From a virus: a DNA stretch of 64,000 nucleotides. Of the stretch, positions 55,135 to 63,305 are shown piece by piece. The notes under the pieces were generated by a model. That model ran no database searches, was not told where the DNA came from, and saw only the letters and a list, made by a program, of their open reading frames with translations. How positions within the stretch are numbered: the stretch's first letter is position 1; the number at the start of each line of letters is the position of its first letter. The stretch spans positions 11,650 to 75,649 of the IMG/VR virus record IMGVR_UViG_3300032323_000894. One strand, written 5' to 3'. The position numbers were made by a program, and so were the translations under genes.

Positions 55135-56192
55135 TGGCTAATAGAAATTCTTCGTTTGGTGAAGGACAGAGTGGCGCTAAAGGCGCAGAGACAGGCATTA
55201 TTAAGCCTGCCGTAGACCGACCTGCCTTGCAGAGCAAGGGTCCTGGAGCCCCGAACCAGCCAAGCCCAGTTCAGCCAAAAGTTCTTGACCCAAACAAGAT
55301 GAACATCATTTCTGACCCTAAGCCAATTGCTGAAGAAGAGCTAGCCACTTCCCGTCGTAGGTATGTTCTTGGTGGAGGAAATGTAGGTGAGTCTAAAGTT
55401 GCTCGCCACATTACTACTCCTACCGATAGAAATGCTAATTCTAAAGAAGTATTACAGAAGCTAAACGAGCATTTTAATGTACTAAACTCTTTTGCTACTA
55501 CTCATTCAGGAGCAGTTCAAACTGCTGTTAGAGCGATGCCAGGAGCACACAAAGACCATGGCAGAGCAACTATGAGCCTAATGTCTGCTTCAGAAAACCT
55601 TGCGCTTGCCAGAACCGCCTTTTCAGACCGAAACTCAGCTAAAGGAAATGAGCACCTTCAAAAAGCCTCTAGGAATTTAGTTTCTGCGCACGGGTCGCTA
55701 AACAGCACCAATGTAAGAGAAGTTACTGGTGTAGAAGTTCCTATTCATAAAGATGAGCTAGGTGCATGGCAGAGCCACGCATCGAACCTGCCTTCGTTTA
55801 GACGTCAAGGAAAGCCTTTTGACAGGGTACAAATTGGCAAAGCCATTGTCAGACCAACCTCTCCTGCAGCCGCAGAAACTGAGCAGGGTGCAAAAGGAAC
55901 TCTTCTAGGAGATAAAGTAAAGAGGGCCAGAACTGGTACTCCAAGAACTCCAAGATGGGAAAGAAGCCTGCCATCTATGCCTGAAAAATCCGAAAAAGGC
56001 ACTGGCGTAATCAACACCGCCACTAAAGGTACCGCTGCTGGAACTACTGGGCAAAACGACCCTCGTAGAAAAGCCAGTAGCACCAACAGGATTAACGTAA
56101 GCCTTCCAAAAACAAACCTTCCAAAGATTGGTGACACCAGTAGGCCAGCTAAAAAGCCTATGAAACCTGGGGACACAGTAGAGGGTAAGTAG
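55134..56192 (+). CDS. Basic, largely disordered protein with a His-containing helical core
   Basis: TAATG coupled. Contains a diverged helical motif shared with 56194 and 57227. Confidence 0.6.
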   Translation: MANRNSSFGEGQSGAKGAETGIIKPAVDRPALQSKGPGAPNQPSPVQPKVLDPNKMNIISDPKPIAEEELATSRRRYVLGGGNVGESKVARHITTPTDRNANSKEVLQKLNEHFNVLNSFATTHSGAVQTAVRAMPGAHKDHGRATMSLMSASENLALARTAFSDRNSAKGNEHLQKASRNLVSAHGSLNSTNVREVTGVEVPIHKDELGAWQSHASNLPSFRRQGKPFDRVQIGKAIVRPTSPAAAETEQGAKGTLLGDKVKRARTGTPRTPRWERSLPSMPEKSEKGTGVINTATKGTAAGTTGQNDPRRKASSTNRINVSLPKTNLPKIGDTSRPAKKPMKPGDTVEGK

Positions 56193-56193
56193 T

Positions 56194-57024
56194 ATGCCTC
56201 AAACAAGTAAAGAAAAAGAAGCAAGATACCGTGCAAATCTTGCAGAAGCTAGAGAGCTTAAGAAATCAAACAAGCCTTTAGAAGCGCACCACATAAGTGC
56301 GCTAAACAAGTACAGCAGAAAGCTTGACAACAGAAAAGCTGGAAGACAAAACAAGCAAGCACAAGATGTAGTAGAGGCTACTAAAAAACTTTCTACACTA
56401 CGTAGCGCACCGAGCAAGCCTCAAGAACCTGCGTTTACTCCCACCACATTTAAAGGCGCTAGAACTCGTACTATTTCTAATTTCCCTAACACTATTAACG
56501 AAGACAGTACCCACCATGACGCTATGTCAGAGGCAATGGAGCACCTGTCAAATAAACTGAATGACGTTCCTAGCCACATCACAAAGAACATAGACAATTT
56601 GTTGGCTAAAGGAGCTGACCACCTAAGGGATTCTCAAACAGCCCATGAAAGTGGTGACATAACGGGTGCCAAGGAGCACATGCAAAAAGCTGCGCACCAC
56701 TTCACCCTTGCAACGTCTGAGATGGGTAACCGAGGAGTATTAGGAAACACAGCGGACAAAATAAAGTCGTTTGTTAGAGCTAATGCAAACTCGTACATTT
56801 CCAGTACTGTTCCAGGAACAGGCGCTGCTCCTCACGAATCTTTTACACCACCCAAAAAGCCTAGAGCTAAAGCCGCAGCCGTAAAATCAACCTCAGATAG
56901 TTTAGCGAGCTCGTTTGATTCATTGCCTTCTGAGCACAGTTTTGGCAGCTCGTTGGGTAAGCAATTTACTGGCAAACACCACATGGACAGCGCCGTAATT
57001 GGAATGATGGAAGGCAAGTACTAA
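56194..57024 (+). CDS. Basic His-rich helical protein
   Basis: AHESGDITGAKEHMQKAAHHFTLA. Confidence 0.6.
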   Translation: MPQTSKEKEARYRANLAEARELKKSNKPLEAHHISALNKYSRKLDNRKAGRQNKQAQDVVEATKKLSTLRSAPSKPQEPAFTPTTFKGARTRTISNFPNTINEDSTHHDAMSEAMEHLSNKLNDVPSHITKNIDNLLAKGADHLRDSQTAHESGDITGAKEHMQKAAHHFTLATSEMGNRGVLGNTADKIKSFVRANANSYISSTVPGTGAAPHESFTPPKKPRAKAAAVKSTSDSLASSFDSLPSEHSFGSSLGKQFTGKHHMDSAVIGMMEGKY

Positions 57025-57227
57025 TGAACGGTGAAGATGGCGCTCTAACCCTAGAGCTACAGGCGTACAAGATTGCTCAAAATGCTACCCAGTACAGAGG
57101 GTCTCACCCTTGCCCAATGTGCGGAATTATTATTAATCCTACCCAGTACCTCTACAGTGCAATGGGCATTTGCCCACCATGTGGAGAAGAGCGTAAAGCC
57201 AAAAGGATTAAGGGGAAGATGGCCTAA
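57024..57227 (+). CDS. Small zinc-finger protein
   Basis: CPMCG...CPPC. Confidence 0.6.
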   Translation: MNGEDGALTLELQAYKIAQNATQYRGSHPCPMCGIIINPTQYLYSAMGICPPCGEERKAKRIKGKMA

Positions 57228-57556
57228 TGGACCAATCCTCATTGACCATGATGTCTGAACAGGCTAACTTGTTAGCTACTGTAGCTACTCATCCAAAGGC
57301 CGTCAGACTAGCCCAGAAAGCCCTAGGATGCTCCGTAGAGGGGTTAAAAGCTCATTCTAGTGGAGATTATACTGGAGCCTCTATGCACGCCGCATACGCC
57401 GCCGCTCACTTAACCGATGCGGCTAAACTACACGTTTCAACTCTGGACGACTTTCCAGAGCCACAAATGCTAGACTTAGCCCATCTAGGAAAAGCTCACT
57501 CAATGCACCAAGATTACGTAGACGCTATTAACGAAGGAAAGAAAAATGGCAGTTAA
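57227..57556 (+). CDS. His-rich helical protein
   Basis: AHSSGDYTGASMHAAYAAAHLTDA. Confidence 0.6.
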   Translation: MDQSSLTMMSEQANLLATVATHPKAVRLAQKALGCSVEGLKAHSSGDYTGASMHAAYAAAHLTDAAKLHVSTLDDFPEPQMLDLAHLGKAHSMHQDYVDAINEGKKNGS

Positions 57557-57758
57557 CACTAGTCGTTCAATGAACGAAGGCCTGCACGAGGGTACCACCG
57601 ATGGTAAGTACCGCAAGGCTCGCCCAAATACTGAGGTAGCAGATGTTGATGGAAACGAAAAGACCATGGACAACCGCCAGTCTCTAAACCCATTCTACGG
57701 ATACGGATTCCTTACTTCTGAGTACCCAAGCGACTCTCAGGTAAACCCAGGTAAGTAG
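57546..57758 (+). CDS. Small hypothetical protein
   Basis: MAVNTSRSMN...GTTDGKYRK.RP.TE, with AAGGA RBS. Confidence 0.6.
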   Translation: MAVNTSRSMNEGLHEGTTDGKYRKARPNTEVADVDGNEKTMDNRQSLNPFYGYGFLTSEYPSDSQVNPGK

Positions 57759-57802
57759 CAAAATACACTACACTAATACGGACTACTAACAAGGAGCAAT
57801 AG

Positions 57803-58366
57803 ATGTCAGACGCACCACTAATCGGCACAAGAGAAATGAAACACGAAGGGCCGTTGATTCGGCTGCTAATGTGTTTTGTGTGTAACACCCTGGAGGAGTT
57901 GCCAGATTACGATGGCCCAGTAGAACAAGATTATCTACTAGAAATCTCTATTGAGAAGCATGTGTTTCCATCTGGAGAGCCCCACAAAGGTAAGCTGTTT
58001 AAGCTGCCAGTAAAGTCATGGGCAACCGCTGACCAGAGAAAAGCTATTCTAGGCCAGCTGCAAACTGGTGGTAGCCGAGGGCTAGACGAACTAGACCCAG
58101 ATAAGTCGTTTTACGACACCAAAATGACATTCATGGAAGACGCCATGAAATGCTACGCTGCCCATAACCGCCCAAAGATTGAGTGCCCAGATTACGGAAG
58201 CCCTCAAAAGAGGTTGTTACCTAATTCTGCAAAAGAACGAGCTGAGCTTAATCTTCCTAAGCCAGAGCACGCAGATGGGCCCAAGATTTATCTGTGCAAT
58301 TTCTGCCCAATGCACTCAACTGTAACTACTAATAACCGACTAAAACAAGGACTATACAAAGCATGA
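57803..58366 (+). CDS. Zinc-binding hypothetical protein
   Basis: CFVC, C..HNRP...C.DY, YLCNFCP. AAGGAG RBS. Confidence 0.6.
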   Translation: MSDAPLIGTREMKHEGPLIRLLMCFVCNTLEELPDYDGPVEQDYLLEISIEKHVFPSGEPHKGKLFKLPVKSWATADQRKAILGQLQTGGSRGLDELDPDKSFYDTKMTFMEDAMKCYAAHNRPKIECPDYGSPQKRLLPNSAKERAELNLPKPEHADGPKIYLCNFCPMHSTVTTNNRLKQGLYKA

Positions 58367-58641
58367 GTGAAGTAGAAACATATTTTTTAGTAGCAGTAAA
58401 CAAGGACGCCACCCTAGCAACTTACGCAGAGTTGCCTGAAGAAGGCCTGACTCGTGAGAGGCCAGCTAACAATTACGACGTTTATCAGGCCGCAAAGCAG
58501 GTTGTAGATGAGTTTGAGCAAACAATGTTCGCAAACAAAGTGGCCCAGATTGTCATGGCAAACCTTAATCCAGCACCTGAGCCTGTGTCCGACAAGGTAA
58601 AAGACAAGCTAAAGGAACGTGGCATTCAGCCCGAGAAATAA
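58363..58641 (+). CDS. Hypothetical protein
   Basis: ATGA overlap. Confidence 0.55.
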   Translation: MSEVETYFLVAVNKDATLATYAELPEEGLTRERPANNYDVYQAAKQVVDEFEQTMFANKVAQIVMANLNPAPEPVSDKVKDKLKERGIQPEK

Positions 58642-58665
58642 GCCAACAACTTATAGACTAGTTGT

Positions 58666-59568
58666 ATGACTGAGTTTGGTTCGTTTCCGACATCCTATTT
58701 CAGCACACCTGCGCCAGAACTAGACCCCACCCTGTTTGAGGGTAGACAAATCCGTTCATGGGTCCGCCAAGGAATCCGTCACATTCTTACTGATTTCCTG
58801 TACAAGAGATACCGCCACCCAGAGCTGTGGGCACACCCATGGTTGGCTGGTTCCGCAGTCTCGTACCAATGGCAAGCTGCACGGCAGCCAGGGGACCTCG
58901 ATTGTTTAATTGGCGTAGATTACATTCAATTTAGAAAAGCAAATCCAGAATTTAAAGGACTGACAGATAAAGAAATCTCAGAGCAGTTAAACGAAGAGTT
59001 CAGAGAAGAGCTGCACCCTCAGACCAGCGACTGGAACGGATTTGAGTTGACGTTTTACGTAAACCCTGGGGCAACAGACATTCGTACAATAAAGCCGTAT
59101 GCGGCGTATGACCTAAAGTATGACGAGTGGACAGTCCACCCAGACCCGCAGCAGATAGCTGCAGTCAATGAAGATTGGGAACGGGTTATCAGTTCTGATA
59201 AGGATTCTACAAAGCAAATATACACTAGGTTTACCCAAGCTGTTCAAGACCTAAAGCAGTCAGTAAGTGAACCGAACCGCAGAAATGCTGAAGCTAGGTT
59301 GGCCGCTGCACATCAGCAGGCAGAAGCATTGTTCCACGAGATACACTCCAATAGGCGTGAGGCGTTCTCTACTACAGGGGCAGGATATAACGATTTCAAC
59401 AACTACCGTTGGCAAGCAGGAAAGCGTGAAGGCGTAATCCAGTCCCTACGTGAAATACGTGAGTACATGAGCAACATCCAGCAGGAACAGAACAAATCAA
59501 AGTACGGGGTAGAATTCCCAGACTCCAGCACCTTAGTTCGAAGGGCAGCCACGTACAGAGCTAAATGA
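58666..59568 (+). CDS. Pol-beta-superfamily nucleotidyltransferase
   Basis: LAGSAVSYQW......GDLDCLIGVD (hGS...DxD), FELTFYV, AYDL...EW. Confidence 0.7.
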   Translation: MTEFGSFPTSYFSTPAPELDPTLFEGRQIRSWVRQGIRHILTDFLYKRYRHPELWAHPWLAGSAVSYQWQAARQPGDLDCLIGVDYIQFRKANPEFKGLTDKEISEQLNEEFREELHPQTSDWNGFELTFYVNPGATDIRTIKPYAAYDLKYDEWTVHPDPQQIAAVNEDWERVISSDKDSTKQIYTRFTQAVQDLKQSVSEPNRRNAEARLAAAHQQAEALFHEIHSNRREAFSTTGAGYNDFNNYRWQAGKREGVIQSLREIREYMSNIQQEQNKSKYGVEFPDSSTLVRRAATYRAK

Positions 59569-59657
59569 ACACGTGTATAAAATGTGGGCATGAGCTCGAC
59601 ATGGGTATTTGTATAAAAGATTCATGTAAGTGTGATTGTTCAGACGATAGTTACTAG
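59565..59657 (+). CDS. 30-aa Cys-rich micro-ORF (MNTCIKCGHELDMGICIKDSCKCDCSDDSY)
   Basis: ATGA overlap with the NTase stop. 6 Cys. Not in the track. Confidence 0.5.
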   Translation: MNTCIKCGHELDMGICIKDSCKCDCSDDSY

Positions 59658-59666
59658 GATTAAAAT

Positions 59667-60152
59667 ATGGAAATACTTGTAGAACTAGACGGCGTATTAC
59701 GTAACCAAGCGGACGCCCCCATCCCAACGGGCGTAATTTTGTACCAAACTCTTACAGCCTATAACCGCATGACCATAGCCTCCTCAATGAGCAAAGAGGA
59801 CACAGAGCGGTGGTTAAACATCCACAAGATTGTTGATTTCGATTTAATGATTGACAATTCGGCCCACCTTGAGGGCGAAAATCTCGTGGAGCGACAGATT
59901 AACGTAGCCAGAGCACGTGGTGGAGTTGCGTTGTTTATAACTGCCAACCCCGAATCATGGGTTTATGCGTTTAATCAAGGAATCCCTTGTGCCATGTTTG
60001 GTGTACCAGCGTACCAAAGAGTGGAGTTTAGGCCAGATGCGCCTAAAAGAGTCAGGTCCTGGGACAGCATTGTAGACGCCGTAGAGAAGCAGAACGAATT
60101 AAAGACAAAAGACGTTCGTCTACTACGTACCGAGGGATTGAATTTTGAGTAA
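59667..60152 (+). CDS. HAD-like fold protein
   Basis: ILVELDGVL (motif I with E replacing the first D), TERWL, LFITANP. Confidence 0.55.
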   Translation: MEILVELDGVLRNQADAPIPTGVILYQTLTAYNRMTIASSMSKEDTERWLNIHKIVDFDLMIDNSAHLEGENLVERQINVARARGGVALFITANPESWVYAFNQGIPCAMFGVPAYQRVEFRPDAPKRVRSWDSIVDAVEKQNELKTKDVRLLRTEGLNFE

Positions 60153-60288
60153 GCTGCGCTGCCTCCTGGGCCTGCACGCAAAAGAAGTTACGGGCCAATG
60201 TCCCGTAACTAGATTTAAAGTATGGGAATGCCAAACCTGCGGTAAAACCAATAAAAGAAAGCACTCCGCTGGTAGCAGGTTTAACTAA
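60145..60288 (+). CDS. 47-aa zinc-finger-like micro-protein (MSKLRCLLGLH...C...CQTCGK)
   Basis: TTG start overlapping the previous stop, and a TAATG overlap into the next gene. Confidence 0.5.
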   Translation: MSKLRCLLGLHAKEVTGQCPVTRFKVWECQTCGKTNKRKHSAGSRFN

Positions 60289-61793
60289 TGATTATTTTTG
60301 GTGGGGTAGAGATACCCTCGAATAGAACCCTTTTAGAGCGCAGCGGCGTAAGTAACGTGATGCTCAATTACTGGGGGTTACGTAAAAGAGGATTGCCTAA
60401 GACAAAGGCATATTTAATTGGAGAGCATTTCCTACCAGATATGAAAGTATGGGTAGATTCAGGGGCAACTCAGGCGGACAAAGCAAACCTGTCGTCAAGA
60501 GAGTTGGAAGAATACGCCGCAGATTACGAAGAGTTTGTAGCCCTGAATTATGAGCGAATTGAGGGGTGGGTAGAGTTTGATTCCCAAGTCATGGGATTGC
60601 CGTGGATTCAGCAGCAGCGTGCAGCGTTTGAGAACGACCCCAAGATGTGGGTGGTTTGGCACGAGGCCTACAATACACTCCTACTACAGCAGTGGGCAGG
60701 GTCCTACGATAACATCGCGATACCAGGGGACGCGGTAGAAAACATGACCTCGTTGGCGGGTATTGTACGTTCGTTGAAAACAAAGCACAATGTACAGGTT
60801 CACGCCTTAGCCACTGCAAAGCCAGATAACCTACGGCAGGTGCCGTTTGATACAGCCAGTACACTATCGTGGTTGTCCCCCATGCGTAGGGGGGAAACAA
60901 TCGTTTGGGATAATACCAAGCTGGTTCGATACCCGAAGAAAATGAAAGCTCAAGCGAGGCCAAGATATAAGGCCATAGTTGAAAAGGCTGGGTTAGATTT
61001 CCAGAAGTTTATAGACGACGACACCCTAGAAGCGACTAAAGTGGCCGTATGGTCCTATTTACAGTTAGAGAAAACAATGGATAAAGACAAGCCAGACCTG
61101 AGAGTACTTAAAGGTGGCAAGAAAGACGAACTGTTAGCTGATAACAGTGATGACACCCTATACACAGGTTTGATGGATTTGATGGGGGGTGCTTCTAATA
61201 ACAGTGGTCAAGAAGTGCGGAAACTTGAGGGGTCAGAAGTGGTACAAAGAGACCCTTCTGAAATGACATCACTCCCAGTATTTGGGTACCAGATGAAGAC
61301 AGTCGTCGAGACTGATGATGAGGGTAGGGACATACTAAAAGAGGTTCCTGTTGTACACAATCAATACTCTAGTTTACGTCAGTGTAACACTTGCTTTGTA
61401 GCAACTAACTGCCCTGCTTTTAAGGAAAACAATACGTGTGCTTTTAATCTACCAGTAGAGGTAAAGACTAAGGACCAGCTTAAGGGATTGCTTACCGCAA
61501 TCATTGAAATGCAGGGCCAAAGAGTAGCGTTTATGCGGTTTGCGGAAGAAACTAACGGTGGCTATGCGGACCCAAATGTGAGCCAAGAAATAGATAGATT
61601 GTTTAAGTTAGTGTCCTCTATGAAAGAACTAGAGTCTAATAAAGAGTTTGTAAGGATTACGGCAGAACGCCAGACCTCTGGTGGAGTGTTGTCTGCTATT
61701 TTTGGAGATAGAGCGCAGGCCCTAAAAGAAATGCCTCAGCCGTTAAACGAACAACAGACAACTATGATTATCAAGGACTCTTTAGAGGATTAG
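60288..61793 (+). CDS. TGT/DpdA-like TIM-barrel domain fused to a 4-Cys cluster and helical C-terminal domain
   Basis: MLNYW, VWVDSGA, EFD, VVWH, VHALA, PFDTASTLSW...RGE. Then CNTC.....C........C. Confidence 0.55.
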   Translation: MIIFGGVEIPSNRTLLERSGVSNVMLNYWGLRKRGLPKTKAYLIGEHFLPDMKVWVDSGATQADKANLSSRELEEYAADYEEFVALNYERIEGWVEFDSQVMGLPWIQQQRAAFENDPKMWVVWHEAYNTLLLQQWAGSYDNIAIPGDAVENMTSLAGIVRSLKTKHNVQVHALATAKPDNLRQVPFDTASTLSWLSPMRRGETIVWDNTKLVRYPKKMKAQARPRYKAIVEKAGLDFQKFIDDDTLEATKVAVWSYLQLEKTMDKDKPDLRVLKGGKKDELLADNSDDTLYTGLMDLMGGASNNSGQEVRKLEGSEVVQRDPSEMTSLPVFGYQMKTVVETDDEGRDILKEVPVVHNQYSSLRQCNTCFVATNCPAFKENNTCAFNLPVEVKTKDQLKGLLTAIIEMQGQRVAFMRFAEETNGGYADPNVSQEIDRLFKLVSSMKELESNKEFVRITAERQTSGGVLSAIFGDRAQALKEMPQPLNEQQTTMIIKDSLED

Positions 61794-61837
61794 TTATCTG
61801 ATAACAGTGATGGCTTGTACTTGGAACAAGGTTCGCT

Positions 61838-61872
61838 AGAAACCCTGCCCGATTTGTTTGTGTTGGGCAGGG
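61838..61872 (-). terminator. Terminator between convergent transcription units
   Basis: CCCTGCCCGA / TTGGGCAGGG stem. On the minus strand it is followed by TTTCT. Confidence 0.7.
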
Positions 61873-61881
61873 GTCTCTCAG

Positions 61882-62163
61882 CTACTTCTTCTTCTTCTTC
61901 TTAGGTTGCAGGGCTAACTTGATAATCATTGTCTTGTTGTTGGATGTACGGCGAACTCTGTCTCTAAGTATCCTGAGTTCCTCGGGGTTCTTACCTCCCC
62001 AGATACCATACTCTTCCTTATGGAACACAGCCCATGTTAGACACTGCTCTACTATTGGGCATGAGTTACATAGTGTCTTAGCCCTTATCTCGTTCTCTCG
62101 GTTCAATTCGTAAAAGGTGTCAATGGGTTCCCCCACACACTTTGCATCAGTGGTATCAAACAT
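61882..62163 (-). CDS. whiB: Second WhiB-family transcription factor with a poly-Lys tail
   Basis: AKC...AKTLCNSCPIVEQCL...YGIWGG. Start moved to ATG 62163 with GAGGAG RBS. Confidence 0.88.
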   Translation of the reverse strand: MFDTTDAKCVGEPIDTFYELNRENEIRAKTLCNSCPIVEQCLTWAVFHKEEYGIWGGKNPEELRILRDRVRRTSNNKTMIIKLALQPKKKKKK

Positions 62164-62662
62164 CTTTCTCCTCATCTGTTGGCCATACGTAATCGTATGC
62201 TGTTGGTTCTATCCCTGTATCTTCTGGCCAGTTGAATTGACTATACCATGCATAGTCCTTGGCCAGTAAAGCTTGGCGGTGGCTGGAGGCTACCTCTTCG
62301 TACTTAGCTTTGTCTACCATCCAGTCAGGCTTACCTTCTGCGTACACTAGGGCATTCTCGTAAGCTACTTTCATAGTCTGTGTAGCCTTCTCTGCGATGG
62401 TGGTATTGTATCCCCGAGCTACCCACTCATCTGTCATAGCTATGACGTAGGAGTATAGCTCGTTCTCGTGGTCACGCCACATCTTTACTGCTGGATGATT
62501 ACGCCAACCACGTGCTCTACGGAACTCTCCCTGAGGGTCAAGCTCTAATAGATTCATTAGTATCTGCCAGCCTTCTAGGGCTTGCTTGTTGAGCCTCTTG
62601 TTGTCAAGAGTCTTAGCTATTTCTTTGTAATCGTTTGTTGCTATTGGTAGAAACGTCTGCAT
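62156..62662 (-). CDS. Pyrimidine-dimer DNA glycosylase-like protein (MSMEG_6728/DenV-related)
   Basis: MQTFLP...LDNKRLNKQ..E, GWRNHPAVKMW, EW..RGY, SHR.ALL.KD, YVWP. Confidence 0.8.
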   Translation of the reverse strand: MQTFLPIATNDYKEIAKTLDNKRLNKQALEGWQILMNLLELDPQGEFRRARGWRNHPAVKMWRDHENELYSYVIAMTDEWVARGYNTTIAEKATQTMKVAYENALVYAEGKPDWMVDKAKYEEVASSHRQALLAKDYAWYSQFNWPEDTGIEPTAYDYVWPTDEEKDV

Positions 62663-62663
62663 G

Positions 62664-62822
62664 TTATTCCTCTCTGCTTTGTTTCCAGTCCTCGTACATC
62701 TCGTCACACATACATGGGAAGTACCCACAGATACAAATGGGCTCATGCTCTGTACAATCTATCGAGCATTCATCACACTGGTCACAAGTGATGGTCATTT
62801 CCATACGGTCGTTCCAGCCCAT
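62664..62822 (-). CDS. 52-aa acidic Cys-rich micro-protein (8 Cys)
   Basis: MGWNDRMEMTITCDQCDECSIDC...CICGYFPCMCDEMYEDWKQSREE. TAATG coupled. Confidence 0.5.
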   Translation of the reverse strand: MGWNDRMEMTITCDQCDECSIDCTEHEPICICGYFPCMCDEMYEDWKQSREE

Positions 62823-62959
62823 TACTCTACCTCATAGCTCTCAGCTATGGCGGCTACGGTGTCATTTAGCTCATTGATTAGCAGGCTAATCTCTTGCCCG
62901 TTTAGATGGCTAACCATCTCTTCTGTGATTCTTGACTCCCAAAGGATGTTGCCCTTCAT
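62822..62959 (-). CDS. 45-aa hypothetical protein
   Basis: GGAGG RBS, coupled on both sides. Not in the track. Confidence 0.5.
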   Translation of the reverse strand: MKGNILWESRITEEMVSHLNGQEISLLINELNDTVAAIAESYEVE

Positions 62960-63141
62960 TTTGTATCCTCCTGTAGTTCATTCTCATCCCACTCGACTGT
63001 GCCGTCCTTGTAGTTAGGCTCGGTGTCCTCGGTGAAGTCTCCCTTGATTACGATTGCCTTAGCTTCTTCTAGGCTGTCGGCCTCAATTTCGTACCACCCT
63101 CTGTTTACTTCTACAAAAGGCAATAAGTAAGTCTTGGTCAT
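62956..63141 (-). CDS. Small acidic hypothetical protein
   Basis: YEIEADSLEEA motif and GAGGAG RBS. Confidence 0.6.
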   Translation of the reverse strand: MTKTYLLPFVEVNRGWYEIEADSLEEAKAIVIKGDFTEDTEPNYKDGTVEWDENELQEDTK

Positions 63142-63305
63142 TCTGTCTCCTCTCCTATTTCTGATAGATAATCATTACCGTAGATTCTATAGGCTACGGG
63201 GTCACAATCAAACAATACTTTTGAAGGCCAAAAGGTCAGCCCTACTATAGATACTGCTGGATAGGTATCATCTAAGAACTCATCGAACTGGTCTATGCGT
63301 TCCAT
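63138..63305 (-). CDS. 55-aa acidic hypothetical protein (FDEFLDD...CDPVAYR)
   Basis: Coupled on both sides. Not in the track. Confidence 0.55.
   Translation of the reverse strand: MERIDQFDEFLDDTYPAVSIVGLTFWPSKVLFDCDPVAYRIYGNDYLSEIGEETE

Noticed and set aside
321-60963. Many alternative-frame and antisense ORFs in the track (e.g. 1707-2084, 27414-27896, 37815-38459, 55805-56236)
   Set aside because: They are shadows of well-supported + strand genes, with no RBS or recognisable motifs.
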